64,000 bases of DNA from Octopus sinensis (lineage: Eukaryota), in the NCBI RefSeq assembly GCF_006345805.1, contig NC_042999.1:75454001-75518000 (forward strand), in the 5' to 3' direction. The notes beneath the pieces were generated by a model. The model made no database searches, was not told the origin of the DNA, and was given only the letters and a program-made list of their open reading frames with translations. The position numbers and the translations under genes are program-made. Shown here piece by piece: positions 39,775 to 53,599 of this stretch. The first letter of the stretch is position 1. Each line of letters starts with the position of its first letter.

Positions 39775-39930
39775 TGAAGCTGGCGAATCGTTAGCGAAAT
39801 TTTAGCGGCATTTCGCAGTTTTTACGGTTCTGATTCAAATGGCTGAATCGACGTTTCTCCAAGACTTTCGGGGTCTATAAAAATAAGTACCAGTCGACTA
39901 CTCTACTGGGGTCGTGTGCAAAAATGTGAG
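39775..39930 (+). mobile_element. SINE family B, degenerate
   Basis: gctggcgaatcgttagc...ttctgattcaaat...ttcggggtc..taaaaataagtaccag. Confidence 0.6.
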
Positions 39931-40701
39931 GCTATCATCCTTATTATTTATTTGCGAAAATGGTTGCGAGTGTAGCCCTGTGAAACGTGCTAAGGGAATT
40001 GGGGAAGGTACTGCACTTCGCTTTCAGGGAGATCTTGGATATTGGGATTCCTCGATTATCTTTAAGGTCATCTTATATCAGGATCACTACATATCGCCCA
40101 TTCTCCTTTCTATTTTAACCTTTGTATACTTGTGTATTTTACTTCCTCTTTATTGTATATCGTGTATATTTACTCTTTTTTTTTGCTATTTATTTATTCA
40201 TGTCATTTATCATTTCATTATAAGTAAACCCCCACATTTTGTACCTGACTTTGCATTTTCCTCTCATCCTTCGCCCTGCGCAACTAAAGGAAGTGTCATC
40301 ATCATCATCATCATTATTATAATTATTATTAGTATCATTGTTATAAATTATTATTATTACATTATCATTGTTATTTATTATTATTATTATTATTATTATA
40401 ATATTATTATTATTATTAATCATCATCATCATCACATCGTCATCATCATATTGAGTGAGAGAATATGTATATGTCATACAAATAACACTGGGTACGAAAC
40501 CCAATATACCCATCACATGCTATTAGCTATGTAATATCATATGCCCTTCTGACTACACCGCACACACATGAACATACCGATACACACAAAGGGGGGGGGA
40601 CCCCCCACAAGGGGGGGGGGAAAAAAAAACACAAAAACGAACAAAACACACGGGGACATAACACAGTTGCATTCAAATACACGCAAACATTTATGCACAC
40701 C

Positions 40702-40758
<57 letters not shown>

Positions 40759-41361
40759 TAATATTATATATATATTATATATATATATATATACAGAGAT
40801 TTTGTTGGACTCCTGAGGATTAAAAACAAATGGTAAGATCGGCAAAATTTGATCATTGAACGTAAACCAACCAACTGAACTAATATTTTTTCCTTCTATT
40901 CTTAATTTTAGGCACGGGGTGAATAATTTTATGGTGGGTAAATCGACAGTGTCGGTCCTCCAATACTTTACTCGTACTCTGTTTTATTGATCTCCACCTT
41001 AAATCTCATGCGCTGCCGACACAAAAAAGGTGAGATTTCAATTCAGATCATAATATTCACATTCCGCTGAGGTCGACTTTACCTTTCATTCATTTGTGGT
41101 CGATTAAATAAGTAGCAATTCAATTTTCTGGGATAAATGGTATTTACTTACCCCCACGATCAACATACCTGCTCGCCTTACACTTAATTTTGAAACAATC
41201 TCTCAATCATACCATATATATAATATATATATAATATAGATATATATATATATATCTATATATATTGTTTAACTTAGGTTCTGGTAATTATTGGCACAGC
41301 TTTGTCTAACTTAAAAGCGTCACCAGGGGTGTGTTTCCTCATGTTTTAGGACATCCTTGCC

Positions 41362-41626
41362 CACTGATTCTCAAACATTCTTTGCCTATGGACCCCTTCG
41401 ATTCCTATTTTACTCAGACATACCCTCATAATCATTAGATATTTAAAACTCCTATTGTATACAATTCTTAATATATGATTATAAAATCATATATTAAGAA
41501 TTGTATTAAAAATTTAAGTATTTCGTTTATTGTAGAAGTACATGCAAATTATTGCTTAAATTTTAACAAAATCTTATGTGGGCCACCCCACCCAAGGGCC
41601 ATGTGGACTCCTTTTGAGAACCACTG
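41362..41626. mobile_element. hAT (Charlie-like) MITE
   Basis: TIRs cactgattctcaaa / tttgagaaccactg; imperfect 8-bp TSD tccttgcc / tcctagca; internal palindrome at ~41459-41506. Confidence 0.75.
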
Positions 41627-42408
41627 TCCTAGCACAAGACGTATCCGGGGGCTAGTAGATAGGAATTTCTCAGAAGAATTTGTCCTATACCGTTTGAATG
41701 TTATGGGAGCCCTTTTCTTTTTTGATTTCTTTCGGAATAATGTTGAATAAGTGCAGGACAAGTTAAGATTAAAATAAATAAATGAATGAATGAATGAATG
41801 AATTAATAAAAATGATTCCTTCCAAACTCCAGTATATTGCCGTACTGTATTTTTATAGTTTAATCAGTAAGCAAAGAACAGTACCCTTAATCTACACTTT
41901 TTGGCGCCTCAGTGATTGACTAGGAAGAAATTATTCACAAATCGTGGACCTTGCACAAGTGCTTACAATTTAATGAATTCCGCTAAAGGCATTCAAGACC
42001 AGGCGGTGGGTGTTATAGAGAGTGACTGCTTGCCCTCAACCGCTGAATAAAATCAAACAACCTAACATTAGTGGAATTTCGACTCAGAATGAATGAATGT
42101 AAAGGGGGCGTAACTAAAGCGGCAAGGCATTTTGAACCCAACTCTAACAATTGCCAATCAACTGAATTCACCGTTAACAAACAAATAGTGAAATAACAAG
42201 TCGAACAGCATGCTAACCAGTTTACGTCGGGTGGCCTTTCTGTTATATACTGAAACAATACTACAGGTGAATGTACTGTCTGTGTGCATACCAGATATGT
42301 GTGTGTGTGTGTATACACACATACATACATAGGTATGTATTTATGCATGTATATATATGTATATACGTATATTCATTATATATGTGTCTATATCTATCTA
42401 TCTCTCAG

Positions 42409-42499
<91 letters not shown>

Positions 42500-42666
42500 T
42501 ACATACACACACACGGATGAGTGGACAATCGAAAGAAAAGGCGGAGGGAATATCTTCATTTGTAGAGATGAAAAAATAAAATCACAGATGGCAAAAAGAG
42601 AGACGAACACGCAATCCAGCAAGAAAAGTACACCACACACACACACACATATATATATATAGAGAG

Positions 42667-42731
<65 letters not shown>

Positions 42732-43066
42732 TAGATAGATAGAAAGATAGGTGGTGGGAACAAACGCAAGCCTAATGCTCTTAAATGGAGAATTCTAGAA
42801 TCTTGAGATCATTTGCCCTTCTCAAGGGGAGCTGCGCATAATTACCATTTGGTATTTATGATACATCCACTAGAGGTAGAGATACCATGAAACCAGTCTG
42901 CAGATGCCTGACCAGCAAGGGGAAGCGGCTGACCTCCCCTGTTCGAAGGTTTAATGGACATAGGTTCGTGTGTCACATAGCTAGCTAGCGGCGATGGCCT
43001 CTTGAGCTAATCAACGGCAGCATTCGCCCTATATTCTGGACTGCCATATTAACTTGGTGATAACTA

Positions 43067-43117
<51 letters not shown>

Positions 43118-43449
43118 TGTAGATGTTTTGCGTTCTTGTCACATTTTTGTATTTTTTATATATAAAATATAGCGGCGTACGTACACTTTGGTATCTTTCA
43201 TGTAAGTATATATAAATATGAATTTTGTACAACTCTATTATTCTTTCTATTCTTTCATTCTTTCCTTCTTTCTGTCAGCCCTTTCACACTTCGTTCATTC
43301 CACTCTTCGTTCTTTCGCTTCCTCTCTCTCACATTTCCTGGCCTTCTCTTCATGCTCACTTTCCCTCCTCCTTTCACTTCACTGTGTCTCTTTCATTTTT
43401 TCTAGCCCCTCCTTATATCTTCTATTCCTTTACCTCTGCCTCTCTCTTT

Positions 43450-43904
43450 TCTCTCCCCATGTGACTGGTGTTCGACCAGGCCTGAGCTTTCTTTCTTGGT
43501 TCGACTACCAACCGTGCAACATCTTTATTCCTCCCTGTGGCTCTTAAAACTTATGTCCCTGCCGTAAGGCTCTACTTCCACACACGCCAGCTTAATTTAA
43601 TTCGTCCTTAGTCGAAAGACACCTGTTGTTATGTCCTGTTAACTGTATTTGTATTTGTGTAACATTTCTCTGTTTTTTTCCGTCCTTGTTTTCGTATACA
43701 TTCGCTGCTTTCTTCCAACGAATCTAATGCTCTTAGCTTAGTTTTCCCTTGGGGTTAGCCAGATTGGAGCATTCTCGAGAATAACCAACCGAAATTGCAA
43801 AGATAATCTGGAACTCGACTGAGGACAGAAAACTCCGAATGGCCCGTCCTTGTATTCTATGTATCGTTTGTCTGGATGTTTTGCGTTCTTGCCCCATTTT
43901 TTTT

Positions 43905-43905
<1 letters not shown>
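43450..43905 (+). mobile_element. Unclassified repeat ending at (TA)n; terminal segment also seen at ~43100
   Basis: gatgttttgcgttcttg occurs at ~43102 and ~43875; a weak CUGAGGA...GAAU...GUC hammerhead-like trace lies at ~43819-43848. Confidence 0.35.
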
Positions 43906-43955
<50 letters not shown>

Positions 43956-43965
43956 TATATATATC

Positions 43966-43998
<33 letters not shown>

Positions 43999-44073
43999 CA
44001 CATATACATATATATACGTATATATATAATATATATTATATATATATATTCATATATACATATACACACACAC

Positions 44074-44109
<36 letters not shown>

Positions 44110-44799
44110 ATACACACGCACACACTCATACTCATACTTGTATTTACTGAGAGCTATACTCATAGAAGAGGTGTAGTGTAAATTACAGCAATGGAATAGT
44201 GAACAATTTCAATCTTCGTATAAACGTCTCCCAACTCTGTCATCTGCTGTTCGTTATTTAATCTGTAGCCGACCTCCAGCATATTAAACTCATCCTGGCC
44301 TCATTAATATTTTTCATTGAGTTTCAAATGAACAAATTGAAGAGAAATATAAAATATAGGAAATATATTAGGTAGTCTACCAGACAGCTTTAAAGAAATC
44401 CTGTAAGCTGTATTCCAAATAATTTCGTTGACTTTGATTTCAAGATCCATTAAATCTGTTACATTAAAGATATCAGTTCATCTGATAGATTTTTATTTTC
44501 TCTGAGAATATTTTTCCTAGTTATACCAAATTTAATTTAACGGATGAAAGCATTTAATACATCTAACTACTGCCTTTTGTATGAACACCAAATGAGCTCT
44601 CAACGCCTAACATCAATAGCATGCATACTGCATAAAAGTTTCCTGCATTCGAACTCAACTTATAGAACAAACTTCCAAATACAGAAAACGGAATTACCTC
44701 AATCGAAGTACGAGTCAAACTTTCGTAAGTCAAATTTTCAAAATTTGACTGCATATAATCCTTACGAGATAATCCTTACGATTATCTCCTACAAAAGAA

Positions 44800-45415
44800 A
44801 AGCTGCATGTCAATGGTTAACACACTAGGCCACTTTTTGAGCCCTCCTGTCAAAAGCACATCCTTAGTATCGTTAGGACTGTGTTCCAAAGTCTGGTCTT
44901 TTTCTTTAGGGCCAAGGGATATTTCATCCCCTAAAAGCTGCTGACAAGCTACAAAATTCAAATGAGACCCACAATAAAGTACTACTCCTACATCTGGGAC
45001 AGTGCTACTACTACGGAAGCACACTCTGGGTCGCATCTACAGAGGTGTCACTAGACTAATTGGTATTCCATCATTAACAGACACACTCCGACCTCTGACC
45101 AACATGCGTGTTGTTTCATCTCTGCCATTTTTGTTGCTACTATAATGAACTCTGTTACTCGAACCTGGCTGGTCCCGTACATGCAACACACAGGCATCTC
45201 CGATTCACTCGTATTTCAGCCTCTAATCACTCTTGACGCGTCCGAGTCACTTGGAACTGCAGTAACCATTGTGTTCAGTCTTTTCTTCTCAGAAAATTCT
45301 TATGGAATCTTTTTTTTTCCTTTGTTTTCATGTCTTTCATGCATGTGCTGACCTGCACCAGTTAATCCTTGCATCAATGGCATGAGGGTCACTCATCTCG
45401 GAGGGGTAGCAAATG
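44800..45415 (-). mobile_element. Possible LINE 5' region/ORF1 remnant
   Basis: RPRVCFRS and LYCGSHLNFVAC resemble decayed gag-like CCHC knuckles. Confidence 0.35.
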
Positions 45416-45594
45416 TCATAGGCAGTGACCCTTCCTATATATTCAACAAGAAAATTAAAAATATGCTTGGCGAGCCAATTTGTTCATAAATGCATTTAAG
45501 AAAGAGAAAGGAAAAAAAAAAAAGAAAAACACGGACGAAAGAGATTAAGAAATAAATGTGTTTTTATCTAAACTGATAGATGGGGAGACGAGAT

Positions 45595-45622
45595 GGACAG
45601 ACAGACAGACAGATAGACACAC

Positions 45623-45664
<42 letters not shown>

Positions 45665-45933
45665 GTAGGTAGATACATACATAATGCATGTATACGTACA
45701 TACTTACACACATACACATACATATGCAGGCATACATACATACATACATACATGCATACATACATACATACATACATACATACATACATACATACATACA
45801 TACATTACATACATACATACATGCATACATACATACATACATACATACATACATACATACATACATACATACATACATACATACATACATGCATACATAC
45901 ATACATACATACATACATACATACATACATACA

Positions 45934-45964
<31 letters not shown>

Positions 45965-45995
45965 CATACATACATACATACATTACATACATACT
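45595..45995. repeat. (GACA)/(GATA)/(CATA)n compound microsatellite
   Basis: Direct inspection. Confidence 0.95.
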
Positions 45996-46282
45996 TACAA
46001 AAACAGGCGGATCACAGAGAGATAGCTTCGTCCGTTTAATTAAAGTTGGTGTAATAAAACTAGAAATTATTCTCTTCGCAAATTAATTAAATTTATCGAT
46101 GAAATATATCTAACATGTGCAATAGGCTTAATGTGTTTTTAGAGAAAATCGATGAAATTATTTACAGTTTACAAGATGTTTTACAAAACGTCTGCAAGAC
46201 TATATATTTCTTAGAAGCGTTACCTATATTGAAATTGTTCTTTGTATTTGTGACTCAATGAAAGCATCCAGAGAGCAGAATC

Positions 46283-46505
46283 TTTCTTTTATCTTTCTTT
46301 TATATGTTTCAGTAATTGGACTGCGGCTATGCTGGTGCACCGCCTTCGAAGGTATTAGTCGTGCAAATCGACCCCAGTACTGATTTTGTAAGTCTAGTAC
46401 TTATTGTAACGTCGCTTTGCCAAACCGCTAAGTTACGAGGATGTAAACTAGCAACACCGGTTGCAAATTAGTGGTGGAGTACAAGGGACAAACACAACAC
46501 AAACA
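46283..46505 (-). mobile_element. SINE family A, 3' half
   Basis: tgtttcagt..ttggactgcggctatgctgg.gcaccgcctt...aaatcgaccccagtac...accgctaagttacg. Confidence 0.8.
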
Positions 46506-46527
46506 TTTACGCATAGTTACACACAGA

Positions 46528-46582
<55 letters not shown>

Positions 46583-46661
46583 CGCAGCGTGCTTCTTTCT
46601 GTATCCACATTAACGAAGGACAAGCTATTGGTCGAAAGTTAGATGCAACATTTCCTTTTTC

Positions 46662-47178
46662 AGGATCCCTTTGTCATCCAGCTGGGTACTGCGCCTTTCT
46701 GCAAGCACTCATCTAGCTGTTTCGGTATCCTTTCATTGAACCCTCTCAGCTTCTTCATACAATAACCTTGGACCCCATTTGGTCCTGGACACTTCCAATT
46801 TCGGAAATTTCTTAACTGCTTTTTTTTAAAAATCATTTCTGTCGTCATTTTTGTCTTCTTGGCCTTCTATATTTCTTGACCTATCTTGGATTTCATGCAG
46901 CCACTCTATTTCATCATTATGCTCTATAGGTTGGTCCCAGATCCCTCTCCAGAATGCCTTGTCTTTCTCTTCATCTGGTATCATTGTTATGTGTAATTGC
47001 CCATCTAGTTCCCGAAACAGTTTCTTTTGATTCGCTTCAAACAATCTGTTTTACCTGAATTGTTTTGTTCTATTGTCATATCTTTCCAGTTTTGCTTTGA
47101 TTGCTATTACTTTTTGTTTCAGTTCTTCCAATATCACATCATACCCTTGATCCCTTATTCTATACGTTCTTTCCAGTA
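46662..47178 (-). mobile_element. Dong/R4-type LINE fragment upstream of RT
   Basis: EELKQKVIAIKAKLERY, FEANQKKLFREL, FWRGIWDQPIEHN...EWL, NWKCPGPNGVQGY..KKL, VPSWMTKG. Confidence 0.85.
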
Positions 47179-47206
47179 TATTATTATTATTATTATTGTT
47201 GTTATT

Positions 47207-47345
47207 GTATGAAAATTCACGACTAGGTATGATGGAAAGTGTCAGCTGTCGACAGCCAGCAGACCAAGGTGACAGTTGATTACTAGTCATGCTTCAAGAA
47301 CCCTGCGAAAAATTCTTGCTGTTCCAAGCAATGCTGATTTTTTCC
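47207..47345 (-). mobile_element. Dong/R4-type LINE extreme 3' end in (TAA)n
   Basis: KSALLGTARIFRRVLEA*, then 3' UTR, then (TAA)n tail. Confidence 0.8.
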
Positions 47346-48619
47346 TTGTGCCCATAGTAGAAAGAATTATTATTATTATTATTATTATTATATTATTATT
47401 ATTATTATTGCAGTTGTTGTCGTCGTCGTTGTTTTTGCCGTTTGATAAATGTTTAATCATCCTGTTGGATAATAACTTAGAAAGCATTCTATAAATTATC
47501 TTCAGACAAGCGATGATGAGATAAGTTGTTCACAAATACCGCCCCATCAATTCTTTCCTTGGGAAGAGTCAACTACGACATCCACCAAGAAAATTTTATT
47601 TCATTCTCTTGGTGGAAGGTGTCTTTGTAAATCTAACCGCTGAAAAGCTGTTTAGATAGATAGTTCCAGATTGTGATGAAAGCTGCCGTTATCTATGTCA
47701 AACTTTAACCACTAAAATTGTTGATGTCAGTTCCAGAACTTTTCAAGATTTCCGAATTTGCTTAGAGCAAGTCTCAAATCAAATACTGTAATGTTCTGGG
47801 GAGATGGTCTTTCAGTTCTTATTATTCCGCTTAGTATTCTAATGAGCTTTTATTTTTGTTACGCTAAGCTTCGTTTTGAAAACGAGTTTTCGAAATGTCA
47901 CTGCATATTGCCCTATGCAACATTCTTTATTGGCTATTGGTTATTCTTCATCTTGGCGCTCATCACGAAGTTTTATGATTAAAGGTATCCCAACCATGAC
48001 AATTCTGCCAAAATTCCAGTCTACATTAGACTATATTAGCAAATGCCTCATTCATTCTTTCTAAAACATTGGATACGATTAGAAGATTTGACCAATTTCA
48101 TTTCAATACATAAAGCGATTATATGAAGTACTCCCTTATCGGCTCGAATATTTTGGGGTATGTTTCAAATTCCGAAAAATCTATTATGGCAGATTATCTT
48201 TCGTTTAAATATTCGAAGAATTCCTTTTGTTTATTTGTTTTGTTATGCTAACTTATCATACGGGACATATAGTTTTCTAAACTTTCTTGGCTATCTTACT
48301 TGGCTCGCAACGTATATTAGCCTTTCGTTTACTCTTTCAATTCTTCTATGTTGTTTACTACGATATATTGTAATTAACCAATGTTTATTTAGCCACGCTT
48401 TTTTTTTTTGTGTGATTATGAAACCCCATAGGGAATCGTTTAACTCATTTACATTACTAATGTTATAATGTTGAATTTACCATTGTACATCACGTTTAGT
48501 CTCGTATAATCTATATTATTTAAGTGGAGGAGTTTCTTTAAGAAGAAATTATTGATTACTTTTCAACAAGTTACAGGTATGTTGATCACACAGCGTGTCT
48601 GTTCGCATCTGTCATCAGT

Positions 48620-48706
48620 ATTTCTTCTTCTTCTTCTTCTTCTTCTTCTTCTTCTTCTTCTTCTCTTCTTCTTCTTCTTCTCTTCTTCTTCTTTCTTCTT
48701 CTTCTT

Positions 48707-48759
<53 letters not shown>

Positions 48760-48769
48760 GCTAATAATG

Positions 48770-48798
<29 letters not shown>
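48620..48798. repeat. (CTT)/(CTA)/(TAA)n compound microsatellite
   Basis: Direct inspection. Confidence 0.95.
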
Positions 48799-48801
<3 letters not shown>

Positions 48802-48894
48802 CGCCCCCCACGAAAAAGTGTGTGTATCTCCATTGGCTCTTATGCCGTAAATAGCAATATGAAGTTACAGAGAATTGATATGAGCATTACCAAG

Positions 48895-49352
48895 TAAAAT
48901 TATGCAGGAGGATGGAAAAGTAACGACACTCAGGGACTATGATTTTCAGACGGACACCATCGGCCGGATATTGTCATATTGAATAAGAGAGACAAATACT
49001 GTTAGATAATTGAGGTAGTCATACCAAATGACATGAATGTTGTGAGTAAAGAGGTTGAAAAAATCCCCAAGTACTCTGAATTGAAAGTGGAAATGACAAG
49101 ACTGTATGGAATGCGAGAGGGTAATGTAAATGTGATACTAGTGGTGATCGGAGCGTTGGGCTCAATCCCATTGAAACTTCAAGACTTCTTAAGGCAACGG
49201 GAAATCCCATGCAAGATTGATGTCTTGCAAAAGCAGCCTTATTGGGCATAGCGCACATCTTAAGGAAACTATTATCAGTCAGAGGTCCTTGTTGGGACTT
49301 GACAGATGACTAAAGACTCCGGTGCATTTCTACCTACACTGTCTTACGATGG
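48895..49352 (+). mobile_element. Dong/R4-type LINE RLE domain and 3' UTR
   Basis: DYDFQTD, RPDIVILNKRDKYC*IIEVVIPND.NVVSKEVEKIPKYSELKVEMTRLY...VVIGALG; followed by (TAG/TAA)n. Confidence 0.85.
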
Positions 49353-49362
49353 AGTAGTAGTA

Positions 49363-49426
<64 letters not shown>

Positions 49427-49463
49427 TAACAACAATGACGACGACGACGACGACGACGACGAC

Positions 49464-49499
<36 letters not shown>

Positions 49500-50270
49500 A
49501 AAAAAACAAAGAAAGATTACATGCGGCGAGTACCAAAATACTGGCTTCAAAGCTGTATGTCAGAAACAGTTTCGGCAATAAACTCGCACGTAGACGCAGT
49601 AGTTCGGTGTGGCGCTGGAATCCCGAAGAGGACAGAGGAGGAGCTAAAGGAGTTGAACAGGAAGTCAAGAGACTCCTAACGATTCATGGAGCCCATCATC
49701 CACGTGCATACACTGGTCACCTATACATGAAGAGAGCAAATGGAGGAAGAAGACTAATAAGTGTGGAAGACTGCGTACGTATCGAACTCGTGCGCTTAAT
49801 GAGATAACAGTCCAAATTAAGGACACCTTGTCAGTGTCAGTTAGGAATGGAGGAATATTGAAAGCAGAGAAAAAAGGAAACACAAAAGAAGTACAAAAAG
49901 GCCATGAAGAAGAGTTATGCAACAAGGGACTACACAATGAATTCCATGTAGCCACAGCAGAAGTAGCTGGAAAACATAGGTGGGATTGGCCAAAGAAAGG
50001 AACACTGAAAAAAGAGACTGAGGGCACTATACTGGCAGCACAAGACCAATCTTTGGCCATAAACTGGAGAGTCAACCTTAGGAATGATCAAGTGTTTCCG
50101 CTGTGCAGCATCTGCAATAGAGTGGATGAAGCCATAGAACCATAGCCCATATCACGAACGAATGCTCTAGACTTCCCCAAAACCATTTAGGAAACTGTGC
50201 GAAGAGTGGTGGCTAAAGAGAGGCAAGAAGTGGTATGAAAAGGGTGAAGATAGTGCCAATTATTGTTGGT
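49500..50270 (+). mobile_element. Dong/R4-type LINE fragment (RT thumb to zinc finger)
   Basis: LLTIHGAHHPRA...LYMKRANGGRRLISVED, W.WPKKGTLKKETEGTILAAQDQSL, CSICNRVDEAIE. Confidence 0.85.
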
Positions 50271-50485
50271 GGTGATGGTGGTGGTAGGAGGAATTTAAAA
50301 TAGAGATGTTACAAATATTTAATATGATATTTCGGGGAATTGAAACCAATTAGAACGCCAGAATCCGGCAGTGATCTTAAAATGTTTTGGAAAATTTTAT
50401 ACAGAGGTATTTTTAAAAAAATAATTTCGAAAATGAGGAACGGTTTTAGATAAATTAAAGAAAAAGAATATTCTTTTATTTTTTA

Positions 50486-50861
50486 CTAGCAGTATAGCCC
50501 AGCGTTGCTCGGGCTTGTTTTCTTTTCGACCCTTTAGAATTGGAATTTTTGAAAAGTAAAAATTTTGCATTATGTAGCTTGTTATTCTCTTTAAGTGAAC
50601 ATTTTTCAGGTTGAAATACACCGAAAAATCGTAAAAAATAGGGATTTTCATAGAAACAGAGCACCTTTTTGATGTAAATAATTTTTGGTGTTAACATGGT
50701 CCGATTTCAATTTTTTCTTCTACGGAAGGAAGAGCAAGCCTTCTTCTATCATACTCTTAATTTTAGTCAACTTACACCGTAGGGTCTCGGAGGAGATAGT
50801 GTTAGTTGAAGGCTACCAAACCTGCCATACACAGACAACTTCAGCTTTATATATAGAGAGA
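50486..50861 (-). mobile_element. Non-autonomous Helitron (same family as 32158-32548)
   Basis: Same TC start and hairpin-CTAG end; inserted between A and T. Confidence 0.85.
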
Positions 50862-51240
50862 TTTGTTTCAGTCATTTGACTGCGGCCATACTGGAGCCTC
50901 GTCTTTAGTCGAAGAAAGCGACCCCAGGACTTATTCTGTGTAAGCCTAGTACTTAGTCTATCGGTCTCTTTTGCCGAACCGCTAAGTTACAGAGACGTAA
51001 ATACACCAATGTCAGTTTTCAAGCGATGGTGGAGGTGGGTTGGAGGCAAACACAGATACACAAACATATATACGTATATACAACGAGATTCTTTCTGTTT
51101 CCGTCTACGAAATCCACTCACAAGGCTTTGGTCGGCCCAAGACTATGATAGAAGACATTTGCCCAAGGTGCTACGCGGTGAGACTGAACCCGGAAACATG
51201 TGGTAGGAAAGCAAGCTTCTTACCACATAGCCACGCCCAT
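50862..51240 (-). mobile_element. SINE family A (tail continues at 50471-50485, beyond the Helitron)
   Basis: tttgtttcagtcatttgactgcggcca...cttaccacatagccacgccc. Confidence 0.9.
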
Positions 51241-53482
51241 ATGTTCGACACTCCGAAAGTTGGAATTCACATGTTTTCATGACAACATATTGAACCAGCG
51301 TGACCGTATCAACTGGAGCGACCGTATTAAAAAAAACATTGAGATGGAAGATATTGATAATTATCATTAGCGGCTAGAGAAAATTTAAGAAATCTGTCAG
51401 TCATATTGAAAATCGAGACGGATGCAGTGAAGTATGAACAACCGAACGGAACAGTACAGTGCCTTTCTGTGAAGAGGAGTTAGAAATAAACCAGTTCCGC
51501 GGTTGATTATAACAGCTATATGAGGGAAATGTGTTCAGAGGACCTACTTCAAAAACCAACGTAAATAGGTTTTCCTGGAACGACCATCAAGATAGACGAG
51601 ACAATGTATTTTAGCTGGAAATTTCTATTGAGAAAGAATGATAGCGGTGAAGTAGATCTTCAGCAGTGTGTGTTGCGGTGCATAACCGAATTTCACCACC
51701 TTCTACGTTATTTTGTTTCTCAGTTTTCCATAAATTAACTTGTTTCATGATTTCATTTTCTTTCACTTATTTCTCATCTTAAAAATGATAAAAACAAATG
51801 TTGTTGCTTATTTTATTAATTTCGCACAAAATATCATAGAAGAAATGTAAAAATAAAAAGAATTACGAGAGAAACACGTCTTCAAGAATAAAATAAAAAA
51901 AAAAAAATAACGAGTGAACATCAATTCCGATATCCAACGCAAATTATAGGTTGAATTTCTCACAAGAAAAAATTTCCAAGATTCGTACCGACTTTATTTC
52001 TAATACCTTCAGGATTTTTTTTTTTGTAATTAGCATGTTAAACTACATCTAGGTAGAAATTTTCAAAAAGTTGAATCTGGTGTATGAAATCGAAAAATCC
52101 ACATCTGCGGTCCTAGATGAGCCAACGTCATGGTAAGAAATTCACCTGAGGGCAGCAGCATTAAATTAAAGGACTGTAGAAATGTAGAAAGTATATAGGT
52201 AGTGCTCCAGCGTGGCAGCAGTCCTTGGGTTAAAAGTAGTAACAAAAAAAAAAAAAGAATATATACGCCTGTTATTTCGGTGTCTTGTTTTGAACCTGAT
52301 TTAGTATGTGTATATGCAAGTATGTGACCGTGCTTCATTGTGTACGATTCTTTTTCATTTAGTATGTATGGTGAGTGTGTGAATATATGGCTGAAAGCCG
52401 GAGAGGAAAGAGTAGCTGGAGGCCGAGGAAAAAATAGTTAAAACAAATGGTTGACGACGATTAATTTCTTTTTCATTTTGATTTTGATAAATAGGATCCC
52501 TACTGTGGCTGTAGCTGAAATCAGACTTCAGCAAATACATTCAGGAAAAAGAGGATTATAGCACAAGTACGAACTCTTGACATTGTCACCTGTGCTTTGT
52601 TTGAAGTATAATGTCAAGAAGCGAGGTCACCTTGCTATTTCCACACCGAGGAGAATAATAGAATTAGAGAATAAAAACAGAGAAAAATTGACCAGATCAC
52701 ATAAGTAGGTGGAAAGCTAATAATAACGTTAGTAATGAAATATTGACATAAAAGTTCATTTTGTCAGAAAACAGAATATAGGAACAGCAGAACAAACAAA
52801 TTCAAACAGATTAGAAAAAAAACTATAATTGGATAGAATTTGATAAATAGAATGGAATCTATCTGTATAGATTACGGAGTAGGTGAAACATTAATAATAT
52901 AATGTAATTTTCATACACTTGTATGCAGACAAATTCGCCCTTAGCTAGAAAAGATAGATAAGAGAAAATACTAGAAACGATAGTAGAACAAACTAGAAAT
53001 GATAGTTGGGCATAATAGAAAATAAATTGAAATAGAATAGAGATAAGGTAACAAAGTAGGAGTGAATGAGATTAGTTGATGATGTATAAATTAGTATTAA
53101 TATTAAATGATCCGTTTATTTTCTTGTCTGGAAATAATAGATACAATAAATACAATTGGACAAACCTCAGAAAGGCAATACACTCCAAGCTGTGCAAGAC
53201 ATACATTCGACAAAATTCATCCAGTTATTTTCCTTACATTCTATCTCTTTCACCACCTAGTCGCCTGCAAAACACACATACCCGCACGCGTGCGCACACA
53301 CGCAGACACACATACACATATTCACACACACACACATACACACAAACATACACATACACACTCTCGCTCTCTAGATATGTATATTGCGTAATATATATAT
53401 ATATATATATATATGTATCCACTCACACAACGTAGGAAACTCTCGGACCTTGAGTCACTCTGTTACTTCTGGTAAATATCAA

Positions 53483-53562
<80 letters not shown>

Positions 53563-53599
53563 TATTTATATCCGGTTTTAAAAGACATTTCTAGGTATA

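Noticed and set aside
39914-40534. Longest ORF (206 aa) as a membrane protein
   Set aside because: It runs through a SINE end, T-rich sequence and (ATT/CAT)n repeats; hydrophobicity is compositional.
40450-40700. G/C homopolymer-rich odd sequence
   Set aside because: It looks like noisy copies of nearby repeat families about 1 kb from the gap; probably low-quality consensus.
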